From Schizochytrium sp. TIO01 (Eukaryota; Protista; Bigyra: Labyrinthulomycetes): a stretch of DNA of 64,000 nt. Positions within the stretch are counted from its first letter, which is position 1, and every line of letters begins with the position of its first letter. The notes under the pieces are model-generated. The model made no database searches. It was not told the DNA's origin and saw nothing but the letters and a program-made list of their open reading frames with translations. Below are positions 34,253 through 46,933 of the stretch, piece after piece. The position numbers and the translations under genes were made by a program. The DNA lies in assembly GCA_004764695.1 (NCBI GenBank), contig SMSO01000033.1, positions 2,604,001 to 2,668,000 of the forward strand. The letters are read 5' to 3'.

Positions 34253-36674
34253 AGGCCTGCGGCGGCGCTCGGGGCGACACAGAGAGCTCTCACTGCCGTA
34301 GAGGCGAACTTGGGTGAGCGGATTTGAAGCAAGAGATGACGATGAAGAAGAGCTACTCTAGCTCTCTGCGGCAACGAAATGGTTGCCAGGCAACGAGGCG
34401 AGGCGCCAGGAAATATACGAAGGGTTCCCTAAGGCGAAGGGGTCTCCGGCAGCGCTGCGGAAGGCGGCCTCGCCGCTCCCGAGCAGCTGCGGAGGACGCA
34501 AGGGGCTCTGAAGCTGCGAGCCCGCGGGGGCGCCCGGCAAAACTCGTATGAGGTGTATAAACGCAAAACCTTTTAATCTCTGCGGAAAAGAGGCGTCCGC
34601 CCTCTTTATATTTGTATCTAAGTGTGAGCAGCAGGTGGCTGGACCGGTACCTGTGATCAGTAGAACATTCCCAAATACTCTACTTAAAGATATACTCTGT
34701 AAATACAGTATTTGAATACTTCACTGTAACAAAGTGGGGAATGGGAGACGGGTGCGCACTAAGGTAAACAGTAGCAGTATGAGGAGGTTCTTGACTAAGG
34801 CCGCGTTGTCGCAAAAAAGGTTGTACAAAGTCGCAAGGTTTCACAGCTTGATAGTCTTGTGACGAGGTGGTTTCAGGTTTGATGGGATTTATAAAGCTAG
34901 TTCGTCTGATGTTGGGACTTGACCCAAGCTAGTGCAGGCGGAAAGAGAATATGCAGAATATGTTGCAGTGTTGGAGGATGGTTGGAATGATTGTTACGAA
35001 TTGCCTTTGATGATTCACTATTTCTTCTGAATAAAATAAATAAAAGGTAATTCTTCCGAGAACAAAAATACATAAATAAAAAATCAACTTGTGAAGTCCC
35101 ACCATCATGCAAACTATTTTGCAACCTGCAATTCAGCCCAGTGGAGTGGAGAACTGTCGCACCTGATAAAGCAAGAAAAGTTCTTGGAGCCGCCAACAGT
35201 TTGGGGGGTATAACCTCGACCTGATAGATGCATAATCAGTACTCTGCGGCGTGTTTTTTAACTTTCTTAAACCTGGCTCGATCCAAGTGCATTCTGGTGC
35301 ATTTAAGATGCACGCGCAGAATGAATTAGTGGCCAGTGTCAGGGTGAAGAAATGGCTGCTGCTTAAGACGATTGTGAGTCAGAGAATCCGATGCTACATA
35401 GCTACTACAGCTCGACCCGACTGCTTCTGGCAGGCCATGAGGGTGTAGGCGACCTCAGTGCGCTGAAGTTGTGGTAGCATGATGCTGGACACGCTCAGCG
35501 AACATGTTTTAATGTGTCTCTAAGTGTGAGCAGTCAGCGGCAAGCTAAGGATTTTCTAAGAAAACCTTATGAATAGGTGTTTGCTTGCCTTTGATAGCGC
35601 TTTGATTTGGAAACGAATCATCGCGCCAAGACTCACTTTAGTGAGCTCGTAGGAGGCAAAAGCTTGGGATGAGGGTTCAGAAAATCAGACCTTTTCGAAG
35701 CTCAGTTTGGAGTGTCGGTGTTCGGTTTCGGGATAACAGTGCCGCTGGCTGGATGAAAGAACCCCATCTTTCTTGAGTGGAGGCGCGAAGAAAGCTTTTT
35801 AGATCATCACCTATAAGAATGTACCCGGGGAGGGTTCGCAGTTGTTTTACACAGAATGGGCTTATGAACGTAAAATATGGGCCACTGGTGAGCCCCAGCT
35901 CTAGCAAACGCCCGTGGTGCACATTACGAGTTCACGAATATGTAGTGGTTGGACCACTTCCTTTTCATTTTCATTTTTTTTTTTTTAATCGCGAAACCCA
36001 GAACATGCCAAAATGACTAAAAAAATAAAATCTGAAGTAAATATTTAGTCTTATTTCATTTGGCTGAAAGTACTCATTGGAATGATACTATCAAGTACGC
36101 TATGTCATAGTCTCAGGCTCCATTTGTTCTTGGTGACATTGATTTGAATTGACAACTCTTTTTTTTTTTTTTTCTTGATTTTTTAATAGAAAGCCTCCAT
36201 TCCTTCTATTCAATTCTGTTTTTTTCTTTTAATTCTTTATCAATCAAAGGCGACTATATGAGGAGGCTTTCAAGACATTAAAGTTGAGCTAAACTAATTT
36301 ACTTCATTTCTATCTAGGTACTACTAGGTTTCATAACTATTTGGATAACGGGGAAGGAAGCGCACCATCAAATTTGACGAGTTGGAATTGGAGTTGGAAG
36401 CATGATTATCTTAGACGGCGCCCGACAACGGGAATTGTCCATTAATATGCCCTCATTTCTGCCCTTCGCCACATTGTGCCAAGCGACACGCTGAAAAGAA
36501 CTCAGAACTAGCGCTTAGACGTGCTTGGCAGTGGCTGGGGCCGTCTCCGCATCACAGCAACTTAAGTATAAGCATAAAAATTGTAAGCATGTGCAAATTC
36601 TAGGTCCAAGGGAGCATGCTGGTAATCCTCAAGAATTGATAGTCATAATATAACGCTATCCTCGACAGTGACGC

Positions 36675-37606
36675 TTAGAGCTCGCGCAAATACTGGCGAA
36701 CAGCTTGCCAATCGGGAAGGCGCGTGACCTTCGACGGCACGTCACCCTGATTCCATCCATAATCGCCAAAGAGAACGGCTGGAATGCCAAGCTCCTGGCT
36801 GACCTCCTTGCAGTAGGACATGTTGTCGTCAATAAGAAGGATCGCTCCAACCTCCTGGCACATTTCTTTCTTACTACGCTTGCTATGGTGGTCATCCTCT
36901 GGGTCCGGGGCGTCCTTTGCCCAGTGGTTACCAAATTCTGCTCGAGAGATGATGCCATGAAAGTGCTGGTCAAGCCAATGACGTGTCTCCTCAGTGATTT
37001 CGTGTTGACGGCTGGTCACAACCACAAAGTCGAACTTATCCTTGAATTCCTGCAGCACATCGTGCGCACCAGGAATGGGCTTCAAGTCCTTGAGGAAATA
37101 ATCCGTTTTAAAGAACTCGAAAATTTTGTCAAGAGTCTCCTCATTCGTGCCGCCCCAGACATCGCAGAATCTGTACGAAAAGAAATCGTCAAGCTTGTAT
37201 TCTGTTCCGTACTTATCATTATGAAACCTAATTAGCGCAGGCAGGAAAGCTCCTAGCTGTGTAGACGCGACATTCATCATTCAGCAGGAATTGCATGTGT
37301 TTTTCGTTGTCATTTGTCACAAACGCACAATTCATGAACAATATGGTTTCGACCCAGATCGCATTGCACAATGTTGGTTCGTCAGTTTTCATTATTGCAA
37401 AACCTGTATGTTCATCCTTGGCTCATTGTTTCTACCAAGGCCCCACTGTGATTACTTTGAGAGGTCGACGAACTCAGCTCCTGTCCACTTACCACTTCGT
37501 CAAGATCGAGCGCCACCACGGGTTTGCTGCGGCTTGAAGCCACGCGAGAGCGTACCCGCCACAGTGCGGCGACGGCAAAAGCCGCAGCGATGCCCTGAGC
37601 GATCAT
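36675..37606 (-). CDS. HAD-superfamily 5'(3')-deoxyribonucleotidase (NT5C)-like; 2 exons (37606-37493, 37256-36675), 231 aa
   Basis: Spliced motif I VALDLDEV|LGAFL (intron GTAAGT...CAG, 37492-37257), motif II VVTSR, motif IV LIDD; N-terminus resembles an organellar targeting peptide. Confidence 0.88.
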
Positions 37607-38785
37607 TTTCGTCGCCTGGTCCTCTTCAATGGTCTTTGCCAGCTAGCTTCGTCTGCAGTTGTTGTCGCTTTGCAAGTTTTGCTGTTTTAAGTTCAATTGC
37701 AATTTCCGATTTGCCTGCGACTCATTTGCGCATTCGTTTATTATTTATTCATAGGAATTCACAATTTTCTATGTTTTAATCTTAATTAACATTTTAACTT
37801 TAACAGCAAAATAGTAGTCATTATAAAATTGCTATTGAAGGTGTTATTTTTATTTTTTTATTTTTTTAATTTATCAACGTGGATGTCATTTGTGGCATTT
37901 GTCATCCCTCGCTACGGTATACTGTAGCACTCACTAGCTGGCTATCGCCAGGTCTCTCTTTTGTTTTTTGGTTTCGTTTCTTTCTTCATCAAAGCGCAGA
38001 ACTTTGAAGAACTCGCCAGGCAGGAATGGCGATGGATGCATGGACAGACATGCGAATGCACGAGCGCAGGCTCGTTGAGTAAATTGGCTGCGATGAGCTT
38101 CGACAGAGCACCAGGCCGACGCTGTGCATGTGCTCGGACCGGGCCTTTTTGTGCGAGGAGGCTGGCTTGGCTTGCTTGCTCTTGGTACTCCTGGTTTGAG
38201 ACGGTGATCTCGAGAAGCTGAGAGAGAACGCCCAAGCTGTGCAATGCAATGCAATGCAGCACAGGTGTAGACACGTGGACAAGGCTGCAGCGGCGTTTGC
38301 AATTGATTCGGAGAACCCGCTCCTGTTGCGGAATTGGAGACGCTCTGGTCCAGCCTCACGGTGTGCGATGCTGCCCAGAAGCAAGTGGGACTGAGCTATT
38401 TATTGATTGTTTATTATCAATCTCTCCTAGCTAGAGAACCACCAGGCTCGAAGTTGGGACCTCGAAGAGAAGCCACGCGGCACAAAACAAGTCTATAGAA
38501 GCGATCCCTGCCCATTGGAGAGCTGGGGAGGAAGCCAAGTCCTGGTGGATGTTTGGCATAAATAGGAATATCGATTTGGGGGGAATAGATTACCCGCTCA
38601 GTGAGCGAGGCTCAGGGAAAGTTATACAGTATCGGGAGCCAAGAAGCTTGCGAGCAGGAGTTTGAAGGCGAGCAAAAGGCATGAAGGGATGAATGAAGAG
38701 GCGGGTTATTGGTCGAAAGAAGTTCATAGATAGAGCGGATGAAGCGTAGAAGCAGAAGCAGAGTTGCGAAACAACGGGATGACAG

Positions 38786-38816
38786 GTAGGTAGGTAGGTA
38801 GGTAGGTAGGTAGGTA
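38786..38816. repeat. (TAGG)n microsatellite
   Basis: Direct reading. Confidence 0.85.
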
Positions 38817-39071
38817 GTATTGACCTTGGTCATGAGTGCCGCGGTGCTACCAGTCAGTCAACTTGGATACAGACCAAGAAATCGGTTGAAGATGATGTAG
38901 GGAAGAAACCTTTGTGGGCGGCCCGAGCAAGAGACGCACAGGAGAGCAAATCAACGATAAGGAAACGAAGATGGTAACAGAACTAGTACGAAGAGAGGTG
39001 TGATAATTAAAGTCAGTCAAATGAGGTAGCAGCATAGTAGCAGCACTTTGCTACTCTTATGCATGCGGCCT

Positions 39072-39860
39072 TTAGGCGTCCTTACGTGGAAAATAGTCCT
39101 TGAGGTCGCTGGCGATGAGAGATTTTTCAAGATCTGTGCAAGCCGCGTAAATCTCCTCGAAGAGCGAGACCTTTGCTTCTGCATCGAGAGACTTGTAATA
39201 GGTGATCCACACTGCAGGGACCTCAATATCCGCATAATTTTCCATAGGCAAGGGAGTGAGCATGGACTTTGGAAAATTTGCGCCTGCAATGGGGTTAGAT
39301 GCACCCGTAAGAACCTGCAAAAAGCGCACGAAAATGGTCATCCGCTCGTCGAGGGTCGCTTCATTCCAAAAGGTTGCCATGGTGGCGAGTCGTAGCTTGG
39401 AAGCCGGCAAGGACCCTTCTACACGCATGTGCTTGCAAATCTCAACCATCTGCTCCGAAGATTCAATCTTCTCGAGGTTTGCATCGATCTTTTCGCCCTC
39501 CACGCACAGATCTTTATACCGCTGCTCGAGAAACGGTCTCACGCTGCGGTCATTTCGAAAGATCTCAATCGCACGCGCAATCGTTTTGCGAGCTAACCAG
39601 TGTTTCCCCAACGCCACTTCAGCATTAGCTTTGCGATCATAGGCCTTCATGTACATTTTGTCCACAGAGATGCTATCCTCAGCAGCTTGAAGAGCTTCCT
39701 CGGTGCTGCCGAGCTTGAGCAGGGCTAAGCTCAAGTTGCCCAAGGTTTTCGCCGACCGCTCTTTGGCCAGGCTATCGCGGTACAAAGCCACTGCCTCGGC
39801 AACCTGGCCAGCCTCGAAGAGGCGGTTGCCCTCCACACGGAGCGCCTCGCCAGAGTCCAT
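39072..39860 (-). CDS. TPR-repeat protein (co-chaperone-type TPR domain plus helical C-terminus), 262 aa
   Basis: ALRVEGNRLFEAGQVAEAVALY / LGNLSLALLKLG / YMKAYDRKANA form a three-TPR pattern. Confidence 0.85.
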   Translation of the reverse strand: MDSGEALRVEGNRLFEAGQVAEAVALYRDSLAKERSAKTLGNLSLALLKLGSTEEALQAAEDSISVDKMYMKAYDRKANAEVALGKHWLARKTIARAIEIFRNDRSVRPFLEQRYKDLCVEGEKIDANLEKIESSEQMVEICKHMRVEGSLPASKLRLATMATFWNEATLDERMTIFVRFLQVLTGASNPIAGANFPKSMLTPLPMENYADIEVPAVWITYYKSLDAEAKVSLFEEIYAACTDLEKSLIASDLKDYFPRKDA

Positions 39861-41275
39861 TGTGGTCCCCGAGACTTGAGACGATGTTGGCGTTGAATCA
39901 GAATTGCTGTGACGAAGTGGCGAAGAAAAGAGAAGATTGCTTTTTATTCAACACAGATAAAGGTTTTTGTTTCTTTGCTTAATCAGTGTTCCAAAGTGTT
40001 CCATGTGAAGGTAGGTAGGTTAATCTGGAGCATTTGGAAATTGTTTGATATTCACGCTCGCAGATCGAAGCAGAAGCCTACAGCGAACTCCGCCTCGCTG
40101 ATTCACAAAATAAGGCAATTCTTTTGTCCAGAAATGTCGCCTAAATCTGCTGATTTAGATTTAATTTATTTATTAAACTTTCGACGCGTACTCTTAACTG
40201 TTCTATTTCGAGGGTGGCGTTCCAACATTTTCTTTCTCTTTTTTATTGTTCATCATAAAAACTTTGAAACCCAGAAGATTAAAAATTGTATAACCGTAGA
40301 TCGAATTGACGAGAACCGGAGGGTTCTTGAAGACAGGTGTGCCATGGAAGGTTGTCAAAGTATCAGTCGCTGCTCTGGATGTCACAAATTGCCAGCTTTG
40401 ATGATAACTTTCGCAGCTTGTCATGCCCACCGATGATAGCATCGTTCGAGACCAAACATTCGTTACCATGATTCTTTGTCATTTTGCAAATTATTTAATT
40501 TACAAGTTATAAACAAATAGAGCCTAGATCAGTAAATCAACTATGCAAGTACTTCAGACCGAACAACGCTGCCACGAGCGCCACAGCGCAGCGAATAAGC
40601 ATGAAAACCACGGAGCAAGGTCTGCATGGCCGCACTCGCTGCAGAGATCGAAGTAGCTCTGCTCAAAGAGCGATTGTAGCCTTGAATTTCATTACGTACC
40701 TCACTGAAAAAAAAAGAGATGACCACGATTTACGACGCGATGGACAACCAAGGACCTTAAAGCTCCCACCACAATAAATGGACAATGAGGCGGAAAGAGA
40801 GACATTAAGGTGGAAAGAGAGGCCTGTAAACCTTCGATTTCTTTGGTAAAGAGAAAAGAAGAAGAAGAAGAAGAGAAGTCAAGTCACCAATTCCCAATCA
40901 ACGCCATCTTCGCGGGGTCCGCAAGCGCGGTGCGAGCGAGGCAGGTGCTCGAGGCGTGCGGAAGGCGCGTTTTGTCTGACATCGGCGAAGCTCGCGACCT
41001 GAAAGCAGGTCTGGGCAGGGCAGAGAAGCAGGATTCCAGGATCTGCAGGTAGCAGGCTGGCTCCGTGGCGCTCTGCTGTTACACGGAACAAAAGAAAATA
41101 TAACGGAGAAAGCAGCGATCTCCACGTCGCTGAGACATCTTGCGTTGATTGACAAGGCGAACGTGTGACGGAAGATTCGAAAGACCTGAGAACCCAAAGT
41201 TAGGGTGGTAGAGAGCTGTAGAAGCCAACTAAAACGTAGAGGTCGTCGAGAGTTCAGACGTGTTAAATAAAGCAA

Positions 41276-43345
41276 ATGTCAACTGGAGCACAGGCCACAT
41301 CCGTGCCGGCCGCGGGGGGCGCGAATGGCACGCAGACTAGCCAAAATGGAACCCGCAATGGGAACCAGAATGCAAAGAAGGGTGAACCTCTTGCTCTGAT
41401 GAACGATGACAACAATACCCACCAGCTTGTGGCTATTGAAGACGATGAACCTGATGTGGAAATCTTCTCTACGCGACGCCCAAAAGATGCAGCTGCGGGA
41501 TTTTCTAGCGGTCTTAAGAACGTCGGCAAAGGTGTTCTTGCAGGATTCGCAGCTGCTGTATCCATGCCAGTGATCGGTGCTCGCGAAAGTGGCGCCTCAG
41601 GATTTGCCAAGGGACTTGCCATGGGTGCTGTCGCAGGCATCACACTTCCAGTTGGAGGAGTGCTCACTGGAGCGTACCAAATCGGTCGCGGCGTTTTCAA
41701 CACTCCGCAATCCATCATGGAAGCCAAGGAAGGCAAGGAATGGGATGCAGTCAGGCGTGAGTGGTACGTGTACGATTTGCAGGAAGAGGCCAATCGGGTG
41801 CTCAACGAGACTGAAGAAGAATTTCTCCGTCGCAAGGCTGCTGGTGACGATGGCAGACCATCTGGAGCCAGTGCCAAGGCAGAAGGTGCGGCAAAGCTTG
41901 GAGAAGGCAATGCTGAAGAGGTCAAGCCTGATCCCAAGCCGGAAGAACCGAAAATGCCAGCAAGGGAGGTCAAGGACCGAACTTATTACGACCTTTTGGG
42001 CATCGAGCCCAACGCTACTCCTGGCATGATCAAGAAGGCTTACTACGTGAAGGCACGCAAGCTTCACCCGGATAAGAACCCGAACGACCCGAAGGCACAC
42101 GAAAGGTTTCAGGAGGTCGGTGCTGCATACCAAGTACTCTCTGATCCTGGATTACGTGAAAAGTATGACAAGTACGGTAAGGACGGCGTCGAGGATGCTC
42201 CCGTCATGGACTCCTCCGCCTTCTTCATGATGGTTTTTGGAAGTGAGAAGTTTGACTACTACGTTGGTGAACTGCAGTTGGCCACCATGATGTCCATGGG
42301 TCAGGAGATGGGCGAGGATGAAGAGGCAGCCATGCAGGCCCTCTTCGCCGATAACCCCGCCATGGAATACCGCCAGCGCAAGCGTGTTGTGCAGGTGGCC
42401 ATCAACCTCTCCAAGGTTCTTCAGGAGTACCTTGAAGAGGTCGTTGTTGATCCGACTACACCGAAGTTCTGTGCCAAAATAACTGAAGAGGCCAAGGAGC
42501 TCTCTGCCAGCCCCTTTGGAGGTACGCTGCTAGGCGTCATTGGTTATGTATATGTGGAACAAGGTGAAAAGTATTTGGGCTTTAAGCACAGTATTGGTGC
42601 AGGTCTTGGTCTTACAGAGATGAAGCGCAGAGGTCATGTTATGGCTACTAAGTACCGCGTGGCACGCTCTGCTTACAGGACCTACCGCACCGCAAAGAAA
42701 ATCGAAAAGAAGGAGCAAGAGAAACTCCGAACTGCCAAGCCTCGTGGTCTTGAGAGCCCTGCGGCTGGTCCGGAATCGACGCCGTCTGCCCCAGCTGATG
42801 CCACAACTTCAAGCTCTACAACAGCGGCTGCTGATAGTGCTACAAAAACGACATCTGCTGATGCAGCTGCTGCCACTGCCGGTCAGCAGAACCCAGTAAC
42901 TCCAAAGGACTCTGCAACGAGTGGAGCTACGGGCGCCACTGCAGGTAGCACCGATGGAAAGTCATCAACACCTTCTCCTGCCGAAACTGCTGGCGCTAGT
43001 CCTGAGGAAGCTGAAATGCCAGAGGACGAAGAAGATGATGATGATGGTGTGGCGGAATCCTTTTTGGGCATGATCGAGACTTTGTGGAACATCAGTGTAA
43101 TTGATGTCGAGGGTACTTTGCGAAAGGCATGCCGAAAGGTCTTCAAGGATGCATCTGTTACAGTTGAGCAGCGAATTCTCCGCGCTCAAGGTTTGGAGGT
43201 CATGGGACGCATCTTCCAGGTGTCTGGTCTTAACGCAGAGGAAGGCCTCAGCGCCTTCCAAGCTCAGATGAAGGAACAGATGGATGCAGCAAAGGATGCT
43301 GAAAAATTCCGGAAGAAAGAAGAAGCCAAAGCCAAGTCTGGCCAG

Positions 43346-43377
<32 letters not shown>

Positions 43378-43600
43378 ACAGCAGCAGCAACAGCAACAGC
43401 AGCAAACCCCGCCGTCAAGTACGCAGCAACAGCAAAGTCAAGCTGCGTCTCCTCCTGTTACTGTGCAAAAATATTCCCGCGAAGAGCTTGAGGCAATGAA
43501 ACCAGGTCAGCTGAAGGGTGTTCTTGACTCCCGCAAGATTGCTCATGACGATTGCCTTGAGAAGAAGGACTTCGTGGATAAGATTATGGCAACCCAGTAG
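41276..43600 (+). CDS. DnaJ-domain plus DnaJ-X-domain chaperone (Caj1/Djp1-like) with Gly-rich N-terminal region, polyQ and C-terminal SAP-like domain, 774 aa
   Basis: J domain YYDLLG...LHPDKNP...AYQVLSD; X domain FGSEKFDYYVGEL, FGGTLLGVIGYVY and DVEGTLRKAC; C-terminal MKPGQLKGVL...CLEKKDFVDKI. Confidence 0.92.
43343..43404 (+). repeat. (CAG/CAA)n polyglutamine tract within the DnaJ gene
   Basis: Direct reading. Confidence 0.9.
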
Positions 43601-44256
43601 AAAACATGGAAATAATCTCCCTATTGTTTTCACACTGTTTTTATGACTCCATAGTTTCCTCCAGTGCGATTTGTTTCCCTGCCTGATACATTGCTAATTT
43701 CTTTGACCTTCTCTTTTCTTCTTTTTTCTTCTTTTTTTCCTTTCCTCTTCTCTACCTAGTATACTTTAATATCCTGGCAGAACTGAATACTAAAGCGAGA
43801 ATCTAGTTTATTTTGCGTCCTTTGCTTTGGTTTCGCTCTTACCGAAGGCAAAGGATTGCTAGTTATAGCATCAGACTAGTGAGAGTCACAGCAAGCCCAA
43901 CCCTTTATTGTTCAATAGTATTATGGTATAAAGATAAAATGTTCAGTTTTTCAGCTTTTCTTTTTTTACTTATCGGAAATCTAGTTCGACTCATGACCGC
44001 ACCTGGGCCATCATATCATCCAAGATTATCGAATGCTGTTTATGATGAAACGAAAATCGCAATTGACAGATTAGATTAGATTCTTGCACAGATAGTCATT
44101 TATGACTATATTTGGTGCACACACTATTAACGGATAATAATGCATGATTGCCTAAATGGCATGCAAGTATTACATTCTCTATGCGAGCACTTCATCATCA
44201 AAGGTATGGTCGCACGCAATTCCTGACGTAAATTCTGGCTGCGATATATCGGAGCC

Positions 44257-46548
44257 ATGTACTCGTCACGCGAGTTCAAATCCTACAGCACTGACTCCCT
44301 TGCAAACATACATCTTGAAGACCTCCTCACACAACCATCTGAGGAATCCGCAGCAACGAACCTTGGAGATCACAGCGAAAGCAAATATGCGGACAACAAC
44401 AGAGGGCTCACAGAAACTATCTCGTGGCGTGCGATAGGTCGCATGCGCGGAACATACCTCGAGGCAAAAGCAAACGATACATCACGGCCAACAATATCTC
44501 GAGGCAATCTTGGAGGATGGGATGATGCTGAAGATTACGACGCAAAAGTAATGCTGCAAGCCAGGCAGTTGAAGGACAAACATCAGAGTGAGAGGAATGA
44601 TCGTATGCGATCTGCCTTATTGGCCTCGCGACAAAAGGAAGCTGAAGAGTTCCAGGAGCAAGTCACAACACGTCTCATGGGCCGATCCGCACAGAAAACC
44701 CACGCCCATTTCGACTCTCGTGCAGAACTTGAAAGGTCCCTTCTCAACTCACGAGATTTGCGCCAATATGAACACGAGTACCAACTCCATGCTACTCTTC
44801 AGGCAAAACGTGCACTCATAGTTTCGGAAAGTGCACCTGTTCTTCGCTCTTCCTCACTGCCAGGTAATACTACACAAGACGCTCCAATTTCATCAATGAA
44901 ACACAATCGCCAGTCTCCTTCAATACTGAAAATCCCACCCCGCGGCAGCCCGAGAAAGCCTGGGCCCGCCACGACCTCATTCTATCAATGCCAACTTTCT
45001 CAATCTTATGTCCACGCAAGCACGCAGCAAAGAGAGCGCATCGATAGACCAGCTTCGTTGCAGCTGCAATCGATTATGCGTCTAACAGACGCAGACCAAG
45101 GAGCAGTTCAGGTAATGGAAGCTGCTTGGGAAGCCAAACACGAAGAGGAGCGCATCGAACGAGAGAAGAAAAAAGACCTGTTGGCAAAACGCGCTGAGCG
45201 GGTCTTGTCGCTCATACTCACTCAAGCAGCACGAGATGCTGAGACGAAGGAGGCTGAAGACGCAGCAAAACTTGAGGAACTGCTCGCAGCTGAAAAGGCG
45301 CGAGCTCAGAGATATCGCAAGGGTGTATATGGCCCAATGCAAGTGTGGATAGAGACTATTCCTCCGCTCCCACCAGCTGTAGTAGAAGCCAATCGTGCCA
45401 GACAGATGAAGCGTTCGAAATCAATCATGGACATGGGCGCTAGTGAAACTGTTGCACCTTCCAATGAAGAATCACAAGGATTGACTGCTGAAAAATTATT
45501 AAAGCACCCAGAGAATAGTGAGGAATTTGAGGTGTTCCCTGAAGAGGATCGGGAAGATGAAGAGCAGGCAAACTTCACAATGCAAATCTCTAAGTCCAAG
45601 TCTAAAGGCAAACTTAAAAAACGCCAATCTATTTATCCAGAGGATACCGAATACGAATATTTTTTCCTCAAACCGCCGCCACAAATGACTATTCGTATTC
45701 CCGGCATTTATACACCCTCAAGTCAGGTTCCACCCGAAGACTTGCCTGATATTGAAAGGCCCCGTCCGGAAAACTTCGAGCGCAAAAAGGCAATTTGCTT
45801 AGCTTTTAGAGCTACGGGGCTTCCTTTGGACCGCCGTGGAAATCTCTTACCCGAAGATGCGGAAGGAATCAAAGCAGCAATATTTAAATATCTCGCTTGG
45901 GTGCGATTCAACATGCTGAAATATGAAAATGGCCTTGAAGTGAGGTCCATGAGAACTTTGCGGTCTTCAGACTTCGAAATCTATTTGACTAGAAATATTA
46001 AGGAGGATCGCATTCGAGTGGGTGTCATGGTTTGGATATTGAAGAAGCAAGCCACGAGAGCTGCCCGAACTCTTGCCCGTGTGGCCTTGGATGGGCTGCT
46101 GGCCGAGGAACTTGCTCGGCAATGCCCTTCACTTGCATTTGCGAACGGAGAGACTATCATCCGTCCTGTAGTAGGTGTCGTTGAAGCTCCCTTGCTTAAA
46201 GATGGAAGCCGATCACCAACCAGTATTACGATGGAACCAGTCATTAGTTCTGCTGAGATTGATCGCTATTCTGTTATGTCTCCTGCATCTAGCAAAGCCT
46301 TATGGACTTTGTCTGTTCGAATTGAAGCTGGTCTGGATATTCCTGATACCTTACTACTTCAGGCACTTCATGATCTTGAGATACGTTCAAAGCAATTTAC
46401 TTGCACCAACCTTGGATTCGAGAGGGATCGCAAACGGGCTATGGACGCATTCGCCAACTTCAAGTCAGATGTCGGTGCATGGCGGTCCACCCTGTATAGC
46501 GTGCTCCTCGAAACCGAGTTCGGCCAACAGCAAGCCAAGGACCCTTAA
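44257..46548 (+). CDS. Hypothetical protein with coiled-coil segments, 763 aa
   Basis: Long ATG-initiated ORF with protein-like composition; no family recognised. Confidence 0.75.
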   Translation: MYSSREFKSYSTDSLANIHLEDLLTQPSEESAATNLGDHSESKYADNNRGLTETISWRAIGRMRGTYLEAKANDTSRPTISRGNLGGWDDAEDYDAKVMLQARQLKDKHQSERNDRMRSALLASRQKEAEEFQEQVTTRLMGRSAQKTHAHFDSRAELERSLLNSRDLRQYEHEYQLHATLQAKRALIVSESAPVLRSSSLPGNTTQDAPISSMKHNRQSPSILKIPPRGSPRKPGPATTSFYQCQLSQSYVHASTQQRERIDRPASLQLQSIMRLTDADQGAVQVMEAAWEAKHEEERIEREKKKDLLAKRAERVLSLILTQAARDAETKEAEDAAKLEELLAAEKARAQRYRKGVYGPMQVWIETIPPLPPAVVEANRARQMKRSKSIMDMGASETVAPSNEESQGLTAEKLLKHPENSEEFEVFPEEDREDEEQANFTMQISKSKSKGKLKKRQSIYPEDTEYEYFFLKPPPQMTIRIPGIYTPSSQVPPEDLPDIERPRPENFERKKAICLAFRATGLPLDRRGNLLPEDAEGIKAAIFKYLAWVRFNMLKYENGLEVRSMRTLRSSDFEIYLTRNIKEDRIRVGVMVWILKKQATRAARTLARVALDGLLAEELARQCPSLAFANGETIIRPVVGVVEAPLLKDGSRSPTSITMEPVISSAEIDRYSVMSPASSKALWTLSVRIEAGLDIPDTLLLQALHDLEIRSKQFTCTNLGFERDRKRAMDAFANFKSDVGAWRSTLYSVLLETEFGQQQAKDP

Positions 46549-46933
46549 TTATTTGACCTCTACAGAATCGTTATTATCAATGTCAAACATTATAAACCTC
46601 GCCCATGAAAACCTCTTTAAAACCTATAAAATCATTGAAATTATGCACGATTTTCCACCACTGGTTATTCTTCAATCCTGCTTCCCAACAAAGAACCATC
46701 GTGACAAGACACGTTGCTTCTGACTAGCATCTTCGTTGAAATCGTTGAAGGCAATGCTGCTTTACAGTGGGTTCTAGCACCTATTTATCCATTTGGTTGA
46801 TTCCTGTTCATCATTATGATGAAACGTGCCGGAAACCAATTTTAATGTAAGGCCTCAAATTTGCTCTGAAGGAATTAATACAAGTCTGAGCAGGTTCCGA
46901 GGACCACTCGCTGGCGCTGGCAGAACGGCTTCG

